Below are positions 10,660 through 21,458 of a stretch of 64,000 bases of DNA, one piece after another. The notes under the pieces are model-generated. The model ran no database searches, was not told the origin of the DNA, and was given only the letters and a program-made list of their open reading frames with translations. Within the stretch, counting starts at the first letter, position 1, and each line of letters begins with the position of its first letter. The translations under genes and the position numbers were made by a program. The DNA comes from an uncultured bacterium (GTDB lineage: Bacteria > Fidelibacterota > Marinisomatia > Marinisomatales > UBA1611), in NCBI GenBank assembly GCA_965660855.1, contig CBFIBM010000001.1:320001-384000 (forward strand). The letters are read 5' to 3'.

Positions 10660-11403
10660 ATGCTGACAAAACAAAATAAAACTGATTTATTGGAGATAGC
10701 TATCATTTTTGCAATGTTTTTTCTAATAGTAGTGATTTATGTTCCAGTTGCTATTTGGGAAAAAGAAGAGTTCTTTGAAAAAGAAAGCAGATATAGAATG
10801 CAAAATGTCTATGATGTTGAAACATTCTATTCACAATTAACTGGAGAATATAATCCCAATTATTTAGAGGCACTTTCCGTAGTGAATGCGGCCCGAGATT
10901 CTACAGTTGCTGACTCCTTATTCTTTGGTGAACAAAGAATCGTATTATTTGGAAAAGAATTTTCAGTTGATATTAACGAATCGTTTACTTTTGAATATGA
11001 TACAACCTTCGGTATTAAAAGTTTTAGAAAAGATACTATAAATGATACTACCCTGCAAATTGCTGTTTTTTCTAAAGATTTAGGTCGTAACGACACAAGT
11101 TTTATCAGAAAAAGAGATTTAAATCTTTATAATCAAAATGAAGATTTTATAGGTGTTGTAAATGAAGAACCCTTAAAACGCGTTGAGGCAATTGAATATT
11201 ACAAGACCAATATTCCAGACTCCACAACTTTTTATTGTCCTCTTTCAAATGAACCTTATGATTTAGAAATAAATAGCGATGGAACTCAATTATCAGTATC
11301 TAGTCCTATAGATGATCCTATAACAGAATCCAGGTATTTGATTTTTGCATTTAGAGCTGGTAGCCATGGTGTGATTCAAGGTGGAAGACGAAGTTGGGAT
11401 TAA
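10660..11403 (+). CDS. Hypothetical single-TM protein with pilin-like N-terminus
   Basis: TDLLEIAIIFAMFFLIVVIYVP hydrophobic helix followed by an amphipathic helix; CPLSNEPY. Confidence 0.5.
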   Translation: MLTKQNKTDLLEIAIIFAMFFLIVVIYVPVAIWEKEEFFEKESRYRMQNVYDVETFYSQLTGEYNPNYLEALSVVNAARDSTVADSLFFGEQRIVLFGKEFSVDINESFTFEYDTTFGIKSFRKDTINDTTLQIAVFSKDLGRNDTSFIRKRDLNLYNQNEDFIGVVNEEPLKRVEAIEYYKTNIPDSTTFYCPLSNEPYDLEINSDGTQLSVSSPIDDPITESRYLIFAFRAGSHGVIQGGRRSWD

Positions 11404-11418
11404 ATTAATATACCTATT

Positions 11419-13167
11419 ATGATTGGCATCGTCATATCAGATTCCTTCTTGCTCACTGGAAAGTGGGAAGAAAGTGATGTCGGGTGGACGCTTAATGCCA
11501 TTGAGAAAATAGATTTTACCGAATCTATATTTCCTATTCTCTTCAATGAAAACGAGCTCAACTCAATTCTTGCTTCAGCACTAAGAAAAGCAAAAGAAAT
11601 TCATTCATTTGATGCTGTTGATGTCCTAGTTGGTCTTCCAGACTTATTTGTTGAACATTCAGTTGTAGAGAAAGATCAAGATTTATCCAAAGGAGATTAT
11701 CTAGATTATTTTCAATGGTTAGAGAAACAAAAAGGAAGACCTTCAAATCAAGAAGTTTATACTTACGGCCAAATTTATTACCCCGCTGAAAGTAATATTC
11801 ATATTTGCACTGTACCCAAATCATTGGTAAGAACTTTAAAGTTGTCCATTACAGAAATGGGAGGGTATACAAAGTGGATGGGGCCAGTAAGTACGCTTTA
11901 TTTAGATGGATCAAGTATATCTGAAGCTGCATTAATTCATAGAAGTGGAAGCAAGTATTCTTTTATGAAAGTTCAAAATAACAGATTTGATATGGGAGTT
12001 GTAACCTTTTCAGGTGGAATAGCGCGAGTGGCCTCTACTACAGATTCAAGCGAGGATGTTACACTTGCGGCTTTGGGCTTAGAGAAGTCTGACCTAGATG
12101 ATATACCCGTGTTTTGTCCACAAAAATTAGGTAGGCAAGCAACAAGTGCATGGGAATTTTCGGATTTTCGGCCAAGTATACCATTTGAAAATGTTAATTT
12201 AGCTGTTCCTATTAATCCAAAAATTCCTCGATATGAAGCTAATATTTTATCACAGTTAATTACCTCAAATTGTATTGGTTTTTCAATGAATTTTTTTGAG
12301 GAGCCAGGAATTACAGAATTCTTTTTTACTCAAGTAATTCCAACCTCTATAAATCAAGAAGAGGCTACTGATAAAACTGTAAATCCAATCGAAGATTTAG
12401 ATAGCGCTGATAGTGAATCAGATGATGAAGAAATTTCAAATGTTCAAAATTCCCAATCGATTACAAATTTTTCTCTGGTAGTTTTTCTTATTGTTTTACT
12501 TTTTATTGCTTTCAACTATATGAAGCTTCAAGATCAGATAAATAATTCATTTTTTGGAATTAAAGATACATTTAAGATTGAACGGTCAGGTTTTGATTCA
12601 TCTGCAGTTTCAAAGGGAAAAATAGAGTCAGCAAATACAGATTTATTGAGGAATTCAAAAGCGATCTCTTCATCAATATTAAGTTTATTAACTGAAACAG
12701 ATTTAAATCGTTATAATGCATTAACAATAACAAAATCATTTTTAAGTCTTGAATATTTAAGCGGATCTAACCCAAACATAGAGAACATACTAGGAATAGA
12801 TCCTACATCTTTTTCTGTTGAGGCTACCGGTAAAGATAGCACTGTTTTTTTGTGGTATTATAGTTTTGAACTACCCATTCCAGATAACGACATAATTCCT
12901 GGTAAAATTAATAAAATAGATTTAATGGAGCAGCTAGATACCACTCTTACTGATTATTCTTTAAAATATTTTGAACAAGTATTTACAAAAAACCAAATTT
13001 ATGGTCCGCTTTTGATTTGGGTTAGAGGGAAAGCTGATATTCTCCAAGCAAGCGCTATCTTTTCTAATGTTGATAATGATATCCTATTAAGAAAATTTGT
13101 TTTATTTAATAAATCAGATAAACCAAATCCAAGAGCAGGTTTTTACGTATCAATCCTTGAAGATTAA
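11419..13167 (+). CDS. Hypothetical bitopic membrane protein, possibly PilM-like N-terminal domain
   Basis: Long ORF, cytoplasmic N-domain, acidic linker, one TM (FSLVVFLIVLLFIAFNY), C-terminal periplasmic part. Confidence 0.5.
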   Translation: MIGIVISDSFLLTGKWEESDVGWTLNAIEKIDFTESIFPILFNENELNSILASALRKAKEIHSFDAVDVLVGLPDLFVEHSVVEKDQDLSKGDYLDYFQWLEKQKGRPSNQEVYTYGQIYYPAESNIHICTVPKSLVRTLKLSITEMGGYTKWMGPVSTLYLDGSSISEAALIHRSGSKYSFMKVQNNRFDMGVVTFSGGIARVASTTDSSEDVTLAALGLEKSDLDDIPVFCPQKLGRQATSAWEFSDFRPSIPFENVNLAVPINPKIPRYEANILSQLITSNCIGFSMNFFEEPGITEFFFTQVIPTSINQEEATDKTVNPIEDLDSADSESDDEEISNVQNSQSITNFSLVVFLIVLLFIAFNYMKLQDQINNSFFGIKDTFKIERSGFDSSAVSKGKIESANTDLLRNSKAISSSILSLLTETDLNRYNALTITKSFLSLEYLSGSNPNIENILGIDPTSFSVEATGKDSTVFLWYYSFELPIPDNDIIPGKINKIDLMEQLDTTLTDYSLKYFEQVFTKNQIYGPLLIWVRGKADILQASAIFSNVDNDILLRKFVLFNKSDKPNPRAGFYVSILED

Positions 13168-13680
13168 ATGAAAATAATCAGTGGAAAGTTTGGTAGCCGA
13201 AAAATTATTACAAGTAAAAAACTTTTATATAGACCAACTAAATCCAGAGTCAGGAAAAGTTTATTTGATACCTTGAATCCATATAATTATGAAAATGTCT
13301 TAGACTTATTTGCAGGTTCTGGGATTTTAGGTTTTGAAGCTGCTAGTAGAGGAGGTAGCGATATTACTTTTGTAGAAAATGATTATAAAATTATGGAGAA
13401 AATAAAGAAAAATGCCTTATTACTAGAGGGTCCTAGCTATAATTTTATTGTTGATAATGTATTTTCTTTTATACAATATACAAAAAATAGATTTGATCTC
13501 ATTTTTGCAGATCCACCTTATGAAAAATATGATTTATCTTTGTTAATAAAACAAATTCCAACTTTATTAAATACCAACGGGAAATTTATTTTAGAGTGTA
13601 CGAAAAATCAAAATCTATTAGATGGTGTAAAATATGTTGATTATGGCACGTCTAGGATCTTTATTTGGGAAAATTCATGA
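13168..13680 (+). CDS. rsmD: 16S rRNA m2G966 methyltransferase
   Basis: MKIISG, RPT..RVR.SLF, LDLFAGSG, FADPPY; adjacent to coaD. Confidence 0.9.
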   Translation: MKIISGKFGSRKIITSKKLLYRPTKSRVRKSLFDTLNPYNYENVLDLFAGSGILGFEAASRGGSDITFVENDYKIMEKIKKNALLLEGPSYNFIVDNVFSFIQYTKNRFDLIFADPPYEKYDLSLLIKQIPTLLNTNGKFILECTKNQNLLDGVKYVDYGTSRIFIWENS

Positions 13681-14156
13681 AAAAAATTATTTATCCTGGA
13701 ACATTTGATCCAATACACAATGGACATTTAGATATTGCAAAAAGAGCCTCTAATTTATTTGATGAAGTTGAATTTGTTCTAGCCATAAATGGGCAAAAAC
13801 AACCTCTATTTTCTATTGAAGAAAGATTGAAAATGATACGAGATTCAGTGAATGATATTAATAATATTAAAGTTAGTTTTTTTGAAGGTTTAGTTGTTGA
13901 TCACGCAAAAGCGGTAAAAGCAAATTCAATTATTCGAGGAATGAGACATGTAAGTGATTTTGAATATGAATTTCAAATGGCTATGATGAATTTTCATTTA
14001 GATCCAAAAATAACCTCATTATTCATGATGCCAGATGAAAAGTATATTCATTTAAATTCCACATTAATTAAGGATGTTGTTAAAAATGGAGGAGATGTTT
14101 CTAAATTTGTACCAAAATCTGTTTATAATGAATTATTATCTAAATATTCTGACTAA
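13677..14156 (+). CDS. coaD: Phosphopantetheine adenylyltransferase
   Basis: IYPGTFDPIHNGH, IRGMR..SDFEYE; ATG overlaps rsmD stop (ATGA). Confidence 0.95.
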   Translation: MKKIIYPGTFDPIHNGHLDIAKRASNLFDEVEFVLAINGQKQPLFSIEERLKMIRDSVNDINNIKVSFFEGLVVDHAKAVKANSIIRGMRHVSDFEYEFQMAMMNFHLDPKITSLFMMPDEKYIHLNSTLIKDVVKNGGDVSKFVPKSVYNELLSKYSD

Positions 14157-14200
14157 ATCTTTTTAATTTAAAATACTCAAAGAAACAAAAATTTTATTTA

Positions 14201-14494
14201 ATGCCAACCTACGATTATTTATGTAATACTTGCGGAGAAAAGTTTGAGCATTTTCAATCAATGTCAAGCCCTGCTCTTAAACAGCGTCCTGAATGTGAAA
14301 AGGATGACTGTAATGTAAAGCGTATTGTTAGCGGGGGCACCGGATTAATTTTTAAAGGGTCTGGATTTTATTTAACAGATTATGGAAAACCAAAATCTGA
14401 AAAATCACGAGACGAAAAAACTAATAAAAGTACTAAAAAAGAAAAAAAGAAAAAAAATATTTCAAAAAATAAAACAAGGAAAACCAGTAAATGA
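14201..14494 (+). CDS. FmdB-family zinc-ribbon protein
   Basis: [12 protein letters not shown]...[11 protein letters not shown], Lys-rich tail. Confidence 0.85.
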   Translation: MPTYDYLCNTCGEKFEHFQSMSSPALKQRPECEKDDCNVKRIVSGGTGLIFKGSGFYLTDYGKPKSEKSRDEKTNKSTKKEKKKKNISKNKTRKTSK

Positions 14495-15714
14495 GCTCAT
14501 CTAAATCTATATCCATGGAAAATGGAAAATTAATTGTTCCAGATAATCCAGTTATTCCATTTATTGAAGGAGATGGGATTGGTCCTGATATTTGGAGAGC
14601 CTCTGTTAAAGTTTTCGATGCAGCAGTTAATAAAGCTTTTCACGGAGATAAAAATATAGAATGGTTAGAGGTCCTTGCAGGTGAGAAAGCATTTGAAGCT
14701 ACAGGTGAGTGGTTACCTCAAGATACATTAGATACAATTACAAAGTATAGTGTCGCAATAAAAGGCCCTCTGACAACCCCAGTTGGAGGAGGTATTCGGT
14801 CTTTAAATGTTGCTTTGAGGCAGAAATTGGACTTATATGCCTGTGTACGTCCAGTAAGATGGTTTAACGGTGTTCCATCACCAGTGAAAGAACCAAACTT
14901 AGTTGATATGGTTATATTCCGAGAAAACACTGAGGATATATATGCTGGAATTGAATGGATGCATGGTAGTGAAGGCTTGGAAAAAGTGAAATCATTTTTA
15001 ATGAATGATATGGGTGTTACAAATATTAGATTTCCAGATACTGTAAGTTTAGGTGTAAAACCTGTATCTAAAGAAGGTACGGAAAGAATTGTTAAAGCAG
15101 CAATTGAAGACGCCCTAAAACATAATCGTAAATCAGTCACCCTAGTACACAAAGGGAACATTATGAAATATACTGAAGGTGGATTTCGAGATTGGGGATA
15201 CCAATTAGTAAAAAATGAATACTCTTCTGAAGATCTTGACGGTGGGCCGTGGCAAACTATACGTAGGAACGGTAAAGAGTTAATTGTAAAAGATGTGATC
15301 GCAGATGCATTTTTACAGCAAATTTTACTAAGGCCAAGTGAATATGATGTTATTGCCACATTAAATTTAAATGGAGATTATATCTCAGATGCTCTCGCAG
15401 CTATTGTCGGAGGTATAGGCATTGCTCCAGGTGCTAACATTAATTATGTTAGTGGTCATGCTATTTTTGAAGCAACTCATGGAACAGCTCCAAAATATGC
15501 TGGAAAGGATCAAGTCAACCCAAGCTCAGTCATCCTTTCAGGCGTTATGATGTTAGAGTACCTAGGGTGGCAAGATGCTGCTGATTTAATTGTTAAAGGG
15601 ATTGAAGGTGCAATTTCAAATAAACGGGTAACTTACGATTTTCATAGGCTAATGGAAGGTGCAACAAAGTTAAAATGTTCTGAGTTTGGAGATGAAATCA
15701 TATCAAATATGTAA
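14491..15714 (+). CDS. icd: NADP-dependent isocitrate dehydrogenase
   Basis: [50 protein letters not shown]. Confidence 0.97.
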   Translation: MSSSKSISMENGKLIVPDNPVIPFIEGDGIGPDIWRASVKVFDAAVNKAFHGDKNIEWLEVLAGEKAFEATGEWLPQDTLDTITKYSVAIKGPLTTPVGGGIRSLNVALRQKLDLYACVRPVRWFNGVPSPVKEPNLVDMVIFRENTEDIYAGIEWMHGSEGLEKVKSFLMNDMGVTNIRFPDTVSLGVKPVSKEGTERIVKAAIEDALKHNRKSVTLVHKGNIMKYTEGGFRDWGYQLVKNEYSSEDLDGGPWQTIRRNGKELIVKDVIADAFLQQILLRPSEYDVIATLNLNGDYISDALAAIVGGIGIAPGANINYVSGHAIFEATHGTAPKYAGKDQVNPSSVILSGVMMLEYLGWQDAADLIVKGIEGAISNKRVTYDFHRLMEGATKLKCSEFGDEIISNM

Positions 15715-15772
15715 TTTCTATCAATACTTATTTAATCTAATGCAATTTATTAATTGACCACTGCTAAGTGTA

Positions 15773-16738
15773 ATGTTTATTGATTTTACAGAGGTTGATT
15801 TGTTCGCTGGTAGCGGTGGAAAAGGTGCTGTCAGCTTTAGGAGAGAAAAGTTCATACCACTAGGTGGTCCAGATGGTGGTGATGGCGGTCGAGGCGGGCA
15901 TATAATATTTAAAGCAGACTCCAATCTAAGAACTTTACAAGATGTAAGATATAATAGAAAATATCGTGCTGAAAATGGATTTGGTGGTGGTAGTTCAAGA
16001 AAAACTGGTAGAAGTGGGAAAGATAAAATTATAAAAGTTCCAGTTGGAACTATAATAAAGAGAAAAACATCTCAAGAAATAATTGGTGATTTAACTTCAG
16101 ATACTGATACTGTTATTGCCTGTAGTGGTGGCCGTGGGGGTAAAGGGAACATACGTTTTAAATCATCAACAAACAGGGCACCTAGAAAATCTCAACCAGG
16201 TGAGCAAGGTGAACATGGTTGTTTTGAAATTGAATTGAAGATTTTAGCAGATGTCGGATTAGTTGGTATGCCTAACGCTGGAAAATCAACATTACTTTCT
16301 CATATTTCTGCAGCGAAACCAAAGATTGCTGACTATCCTTTTACAACGTTAGAGCCCAATCTTGGCATTGTTAAGTATGGAGAATACAAATCTTTTGTTA
16401 TGGCTGATATACCAGGTCTTATTGAAGGAGCAAGTAAAGGTAGAGGTCTTGGACATAAATTTTTAAAACATGTTGAGAGGAATAAAGTTTTATTATACTT
16501 GATAGAAACTATCGACCCGCATCCATTTAAAACATTCAAAATGCTTGAAAAGGAGGTTCTTGATTTTAATCCTGATTTAATAGCAAAACCTGTAGTGATA
16601 TGTAGAACAAAATCAGATATTAATTTTGATTTATCCGAAGAATGGAGGGAGTTTAACCAGAATGTTAATATAATATCATCAGTTTCAGGAGATGGCCTTA
16701 ATAAACTGATTGATATTTTAAGTGGGTTAATTAGTTAA
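15773..16738 (+). CDS. obgE: GTPase Obg
   Basis: Gly-rich Obg fold GGPDGGDGGRGG, GMPNAGKS, YPFTT, DIPG. Confidence 0.97.
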   Translation: MFIDFTEVDLFAGSGGKGAVSFRREKFIPLGGPDGGDGGRGGHIIFKADSNLRTLQDVRYNRKYRAENGFGGGSSRKTGRSGKDKIIKVPVGTIIKRKTSQEIIGDLTSDTDTVIACSGGRGGKGNIRFKSSTNRAPRKSQPGEQGEHGCFEIELKILADVGLVGMPNAGKSTLLSHISAAKPKIADYPFTTLEPNLGIVKYGEYKSFVMADIPGLIEGASKGRGLGHKFLKHVERNKVLLYLIETIDPHPFKTFKMLEKEVLDFNPDLIAKPVVICRTKSDINFDLSEEWREFNQNVNIISSVSGDGLNKLIDILSGLIS

Positions 16739-16788
16739 AATACTCATTTTTAGATCTGATTATAATTATTAATTTTAGTGTGATTTTT

Positions 16789-16875
16789 GGAGAGGTGGCC
16801 GAGTGGCTGAAGGCGCTTCCCTGCTAAGGAAGTAACATCGTAAGGTGTTCGTGGGTTCGAATCCCACCCTCTCCG
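16789..16875 (+). tRNA. tRNA-Ser(GCT), CCA not encoded
   Basis: GGAGAGG/CCTCTCC acceptor stem, anticodon arm CTTCC-CTGCTAA-GGAAG, long variable arm, GGTTCGAATCC T-arm. Confidence 0.97.
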
Positions 16876-16894
16876 CAGTAACTCTGTCGATAAT

Positions 16895-16916
16895 AAAGTC
16901 CCTTGCAAGGACTTTT
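16895..16916 (+). terminator. Probable intrinsic terminator after tRNA-Ser
   Basis: AAAGTCC-N7-GGACTTTT inverted repeat ending in a T run. Confidence 0.6.
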
Positions 16917-17128
16917 AACACCAGCGGGAATGATATTTAACCAAAGAAAAACCTATTTTTCGAATTTCTCATAAATATCAATTTGTATTTAGATTTTTTT
17001 ATTAAGTTAAAATTAAGATTTTTAGTATAAAAACTACCATTGACCTAGAAGCAATTATTGGATTTTTTTTAGCTAATTGTTATCATAATTTTGAAATCAT
17101 ATAAACTCATAACTAGTATATAAAATAA

Positions 17129-19411
17129 ATGTCTTCAGAGGAAAGAAAGTTAGCTGCAATTGTTTTCACTGATATTTGTGATTTTACAAAATTAATGTCA
17201 ACTGATGAGAATAAGGCCATGGCTCTCTTAGAGCAACAGAGAGCTCTACTTAAGCCAATAATAAATAATTTTAATGGTGAATGGTTGAAAGAGATTGGAG
17301 ATGGTATTTTAATGTCATTTCCAAGTGCAGTGAATGCAGTAACATGTTCCCTAGAAATTCAGAGAATATTGGCTCATAATCAAGACCTTACAATACGGAT
17401 TGGAATTCACATAGGTGATGTTATTAAAAAAGATGGGGATGTCTTTGGTGATGGAGTAAATATAGCCTCAAGGTTAGAGCCCTTAGCTGAGCCTGGAGGT
17501 ATATGTGTTTCTGAGCGTGTTCATGAAGATATTAAGAATAAACCAGACATTAGTACGGCTTTTCAAGAAGAACAGCTTTTAAAAGGTATTGATAAGCCTA
17601 TAAAAGTGTATTCTATTTTTACTAAAATGGGTTCTTTAGATAATTTGCAGAATCAAAAAGATCCGGTCCAGATTAATAAAAAGAGTAAACCTTTAATTTT
17701 TATCTCATTATCAGTGATTTTAGTCATTTTTATATCAATATTTATTATAAAATCTAAAGAAAATGTAGTTGGAGAAGATGCTAGAAAATCTTTGGCGGTA
17801 TTACCTTTTGATAATATGAGTGAAGATAATAAATCAGAATACTTTAGTGATGGTATTACAGAAGATATTATCACTTATTTATCGAAAATAGAGGGCTTAA
17901 AAGTGATCTCCCGTACTTCAATTATGCAGTATAAAGATTCAAAAAAGAATATTAAAGATATTGCAAATGAACTTGGGGTAAATAATATCCTAGAAGGAAG
18001 TGTTCGAAAAGTAAATAATCGAGTTCGTATAACTGGTCAATTAATTGACGCTAAAACCGATGAGCATCTTTGGGCAGAAATATATGATCGTGAACTTGAT
18101 GATATATTCTCTGTTCAAACAGAAGTTGCAAAAAGTATAGCATCAGCGTTAAAAACCGAAATGACTGATGATGATATTGAGAGATTAAGTAAAGTTGTTA
18201 CTAATAATACAGACGCATATGAACTATTATTGAAAATAAAAAATACTAATTATTTAGTCCGTCAAGAATGCTTAAAAAGAGAGGAGGTACTAAAAAAAGT
18301 TGTCGAATTGGATCCAGAATCTTCTTATGCATATGCTAGATTAGGAGGCATTCATTCGTGGATATATTTTTTCGGAATGGATAGAACAAAAAAAAGGCTA
18401 GAAATGGCTAAGGAGGCGTTAGATAAAGCATTAGAAATAGATCCACTATCATCTACAGCTCATCTCGAGATGGGATTTTATCACTACGCCGGATTTTTGG
18501 ATTTTGAAAAAGGGTTAAAAGAGTATAAAATAGCTGATCGACTGTCTCCAAACGACTCAGAGATAAAATGGAGAATTGCTCTCATATTAAGAAGACAAGG
18601 TAAATTTGAAGAGTCATTTGATCTAATGAAAAAGTGTTTTGATCTTGATCCTAAGAATGCACTCATACCTGATCAAATGGTATTAATGACATCCTATTTA
18701 GGTTTGAGTAACCTATTTGATCGATACTTTAAAATTGCAAGCGATCTCGGAATGAATGTTACCACCGGACTCATGTATAAGGTTACAGAAAAATTTGGAA
18801 GAGATGGTGACTTGAATGAGTACAAAACAATTATAGAGGAAGCCAGTAAAGTAGATCATGACACTTGGTTTCATAGCTTTATAGCAGAATATTATAGAAT
18901 TAATAAAAATTATGAACTCGCATTCAAACATATTGATAGAATCCGTGATCAAGATCAGAATTCTCAAACAAGTTATACACCGAAAGATTATTTAAGGGCG
19001 ATAATTTACCTTGAGATGGGTGAGAAAGAAAAAGCTATGGAACTTTTCACTATTGCTTTAAATGATATTGAAGAAAAATTAAAAAGTGAGAAAGATGATC
19101 CACGGTTTTTAGCATTTAAAGGAAAAGTCTTAGCTTATCTTGGAAAAGAAAAGGAAGCTATAGAATTTGGAAATAAAGCCACAAATATTGTTTCAGTTGA
19201 AAATGATAAATTACAAGGTGGCGATTATAATTATAACCTTGCAAAAATTTACTCAGTGACCGGTAATTATGAATTAGCAGTCAATGAGTTAGAAAAGATT
19301 TATAATGCTCAACCAAAAGCAGCATTTTTAGGATTGTTATTATATGATTATGAATTATCTTATATTCAACAATATGAAGGTTTTCGTAATTTAGTTAATA
19401 AATATAAATAA
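17129..19411 (+). CDS. Class III adenylate/guanylate cyclase + TM + TolB-N-like domain + TPR repeats
   Basis: FTDICDFT, KEIGDG, RIGIHIG, DVFGDGVNIASRLE; SLAVLPFDNMS..YFSDGITEDII; TPRs. Confidence 0.9.
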   Translation: MSSEERKLAAIVFTDICDFTKLMSTDENKAMALLEQQRALLKPIINNFNGEWLKEIGDGILMSFPSAVNAVTCSLEIQRILAHNQDLTIRIGIHIGDVIKKDGDVFGDGVNIASRLEPLAEPGGICVSERVHEDIKNKPDISTAFQEEQLLKGIDKPIKVYSIFTKMGSLDNLQNQKDPVQINKKSKPLIFISLSVILVIFISIFIIKSKENVVGEDARKSLAVLPFDNMSEDNKSEYFSDGITEDIITYLSKIEGLKVISRTSIMQYKDSKKNIKDIANELGVNNILEGSVRKVNNRVRITGQLIDAKTDEHLWAEIYDRELDDIFSVQTEVAKSIASALKTEMTDDDIERLSKVVTNNTDAYELLLKIKNTNYLVRQECLKREEVLKKVVELDPESSYAYARLGGIHSWIYFFGMDRTKKRLEMAKEALDKALEIDPLSSTAHLEMGFYHYAGFLDFEKGLKEYKIADRLSPNDSEIKWRIALILRRQGKFEESFDLMKKCFDLDPKNALIPDQMVLMTSYLGLSNLFDRYFKIASDLGMNVTTGLMYKVTEKFGRDGDLNEYKTIIEEASKVDHDTWFHSFIAEYYRINKNYELAFKHIDRIRDQDQNSQTSYTPKDYLRAIIYLEMGEKEKAMELFTIALNDIEEKLKSEKDDPRFLAFKGKVLAYLGKEKEAIEFGNKATNIVSVENDKLQGGDYNYNLAKIYSVTGNYELAVNELEKIYNAQPKAAFLGLLLYDYELSYIQQYEGFRNLVNKYK

Positions 19412-19550
19412 AATAAATATTAGGTTTAAATTTCGCTATTTGAGTTAATTACAGTATTATTTTCCATAATAGTAAGTCAGGTATTTTCTCATTTGTATAG
19501 TACTATTTCTGAAATAATTAAAGTTTATGATTGTGCTCACAATTTCCTAT

Positions 19551-20843
19551 TCAGATAGAATATACCTTTGTCTTTTTATCTCTTCCTTTTAAAGCAATTT
19601 CACCTTGAGATGATGCAATTGAATAGAGATCTTTTGTTAATGCAGTATATATTTCTTGACTAAAAGCTATATCCGTATTGAACTCTTTGTTCGCCTGCTC
19701 TAATCTAGCTGCAACATTCACAACGTCACCTATAGCAGAATATTGTAACATTCTTTCACTTCCAATATTTCCAGATATGATACTACCAGTGTGAATTCCA
19801 GTTCTTGCTGTTATTTTTTTAATACCATGATTGGACCAATAACGTGATAGTTCAGATTCTTCCCATTTTTCGTTTAGGATTTCTAATTGTTCACGCATTT
19901 TAATAGCGCATTTAACAGCTTGATTTTCATGGTTTTCAAGTTCTTCAGGAGCACCAAAAACAACCATCATGCAATCACCTATATAGTTAAGGATATGTCC
20001 ACCATGTTTATCGATAATATCATGCATTGCAGTAAAATATTCATTTAAAAACTCCACAGCAACTTTGGGTGACATGTGTTCAATTATTGTTGAGTAAGAT
20101 GATATATCTGTAAAAGATAAGGTAACCCATTTATTTTCACCAGATAGAGCTCCCTCATCAGAAAGCATTTTATCAGATAATACATCACCAAAATAGCGTT
20201 TTAAGGTTTTTTGCATTAAGTTTTTTGTTTGATCAATCGAAACGGTTTTTGCAAAGTTTAATCGATTATTGTGTTCATTATTATACCTGTTCCAAATTAT
20301 AAGAATTATCGGTACTGGAATTGTAAAGACAATTATATCCGTGGAAATTCCATTAAAGTTCATGGCAGGCAGTAATGTTGCTAGTAAAAAGATTAAAAGA
20401 GATATTGTTGTAACTAAATTAAATGGAAACATAATACCGATAAACATGAATATTGCAGGTATGGATGCTAGAAAATTAATCGCATCTATCTCTGGTGCAT
20501 TTTCAATAGCTATGACCTGAAGTACCTGGTATGTATGAACTAATACTACCATGACAGCAATAAATAATCCATGTCTTTTTGCTTTGAATGATTCTGGAAA
20601 AATAAAAAAGGAGAGAGTCATTCCAATTAAGATGGGAAAACCAATCAAAATAGGTCTAAAGCCACCAAGTCTTTGATAGGCAGTGAAAGTATCAAAAACT
20701 AGAATTAAAGAAATAAAAATAATCGCAAAATTCAATATCTTTTTTAGTTTGATCCACTGAGATTCCATAAACTGATCTTCCATTACAGGATTTTCGAACT
20801 TACATGTGTATCTGTCTATTCTAGAAAAATTATTTTCATTCAT
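19551..20843 (-). CDS. Multi-TM class III nucleotide cyclase
   Basis: About 6 TM helices, then FTDISSYS, YIGDCMM, GIHTG, AIGDVVNVAARLE, LKGR. Confidence 0.9.
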   Translation of the reverse strand: MNENNFSRIDRYTCKFENPVMEDQFMESQWIKLKKILNFAIIFISLILVFDTFTAYQRLGGFRPILIGFPILIGMTLSFFIFPESFKAKRHGLFIAVMVVLVHTYQVLQVIAIENAPEIDAINFLASIPAIFMFIGIMFPFNLVTTISLLIFLLATLLPAMNFNGISTDIIVFTIPVPIILIIWNRYNNEHNNRLNFAKTVSIDQTKNLMQKTLKRYFGDVLSDKMLSDEGALSGENKWVTLSFTDISSYSTIIEHMSPKVAVEFLNEYFTAMHDIIDKHGGHILNYIGDCMMVVFGAPEELENHENQAVKCAIKMREQLEILNEKWEESELSRYWSNHGIKKITARTGIHTGSIISGNIGSERMLQYSAIGDVVNVAARLEQANKEFNTDIAFSQEIYTALTKDLYSIASSQGEIALKGRDKKTKVYSI

Positions 20844-20908
20844 ATTTTATGTTTCCAATGTATAGTTTAACAAAATTTTCACAAAAAAAATTAGAAAAAT
20901 GGAATTGT

Positions 20909-21283
20909 TTACGATTTTTGATTTGGATTGGAAACACTCATTTCAATCAATTCCTCAATATCTACATAATCTAGGGCTTTTTCATGAGTTGCTTCAAGGT
21001 CAACCTGGGGTGCAAATCCAGCTAAGTAGGCCTCTTTCCAACGCAGTGCGCAAATACACCACCTATTCCCCTTTTTGAGTCCTGGGAAGTTATATAGTTC
21101 ATTAGGAGTGGATAGGTCATTTCCCCTTGATTTTGAAAATTTCAGGAATTCATTTGTCATAACTGATGCGACAACATGTCTTCCTTGATCTTGATTATTT
21201 GTTCTACAAAATCCATCTCTGAAAAAACCAGTTAACGGTTTTTTTGAGCATAATTTTAAATCTGTGCCTAATACATTTTTCAT
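20909..21283 (-). CDS. DUF2237 family protein
   Basis: NVLG..L..CS..PLTGFFRDGFC, RWCICALRW..A. Confidence 0.9.
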   Translation of the reverse strand: MKNVLGTDLKLCSKKPLTGFFRDGFCRTNNQDQGRHVVASVMTNEFLKFSKSRGNDLSTPNELYNFPGLKKGNRWCICALRWKEAYLAGFAPQVDLEATHEKALDYVDIEELIEMSVSNPNQKS

Positions 21284-21458
21284 ATGATAAGTTACAAATA
21301 AACTAGTAAACTATATTACTAGGGAAAATAAAAAAATAATAGTACCTAAATATAGCAGTTTAAGAATTTAACTTTAGATATATAAAAAAATAAAAATTGC
21401 ATTAAAGATGATTTTTTTATTATTATTATTTATGTTAACAATGGAAGGTTCCAATTGA

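Noticed and set aside
14718..15924. Antisense ORFs over icd/obgE and similar short shadow ORFs elsewhere (e.g. 32528-32884, 52645-52968, 60490-60810, 62391-63305)
   Set aside because: They overlap well-supported genes on the opposite strand and show no recognizable motifs.
19530..19543. Palindrome ATTGTG-CT-CACAAT resembling lac, CRP or Rex operators
   Set aside because: Spacing fits none of these and it lies between two convergent 3' ends.
17129..20843. Cyclase pair as an antiphage (CBASS/Pycsar) system
   Set aside because: Both have sensor-type architectures (TolB-N/TPR; multi-TM), are convergent, and have no adjacent cyclic-nucleotide-binding effector.
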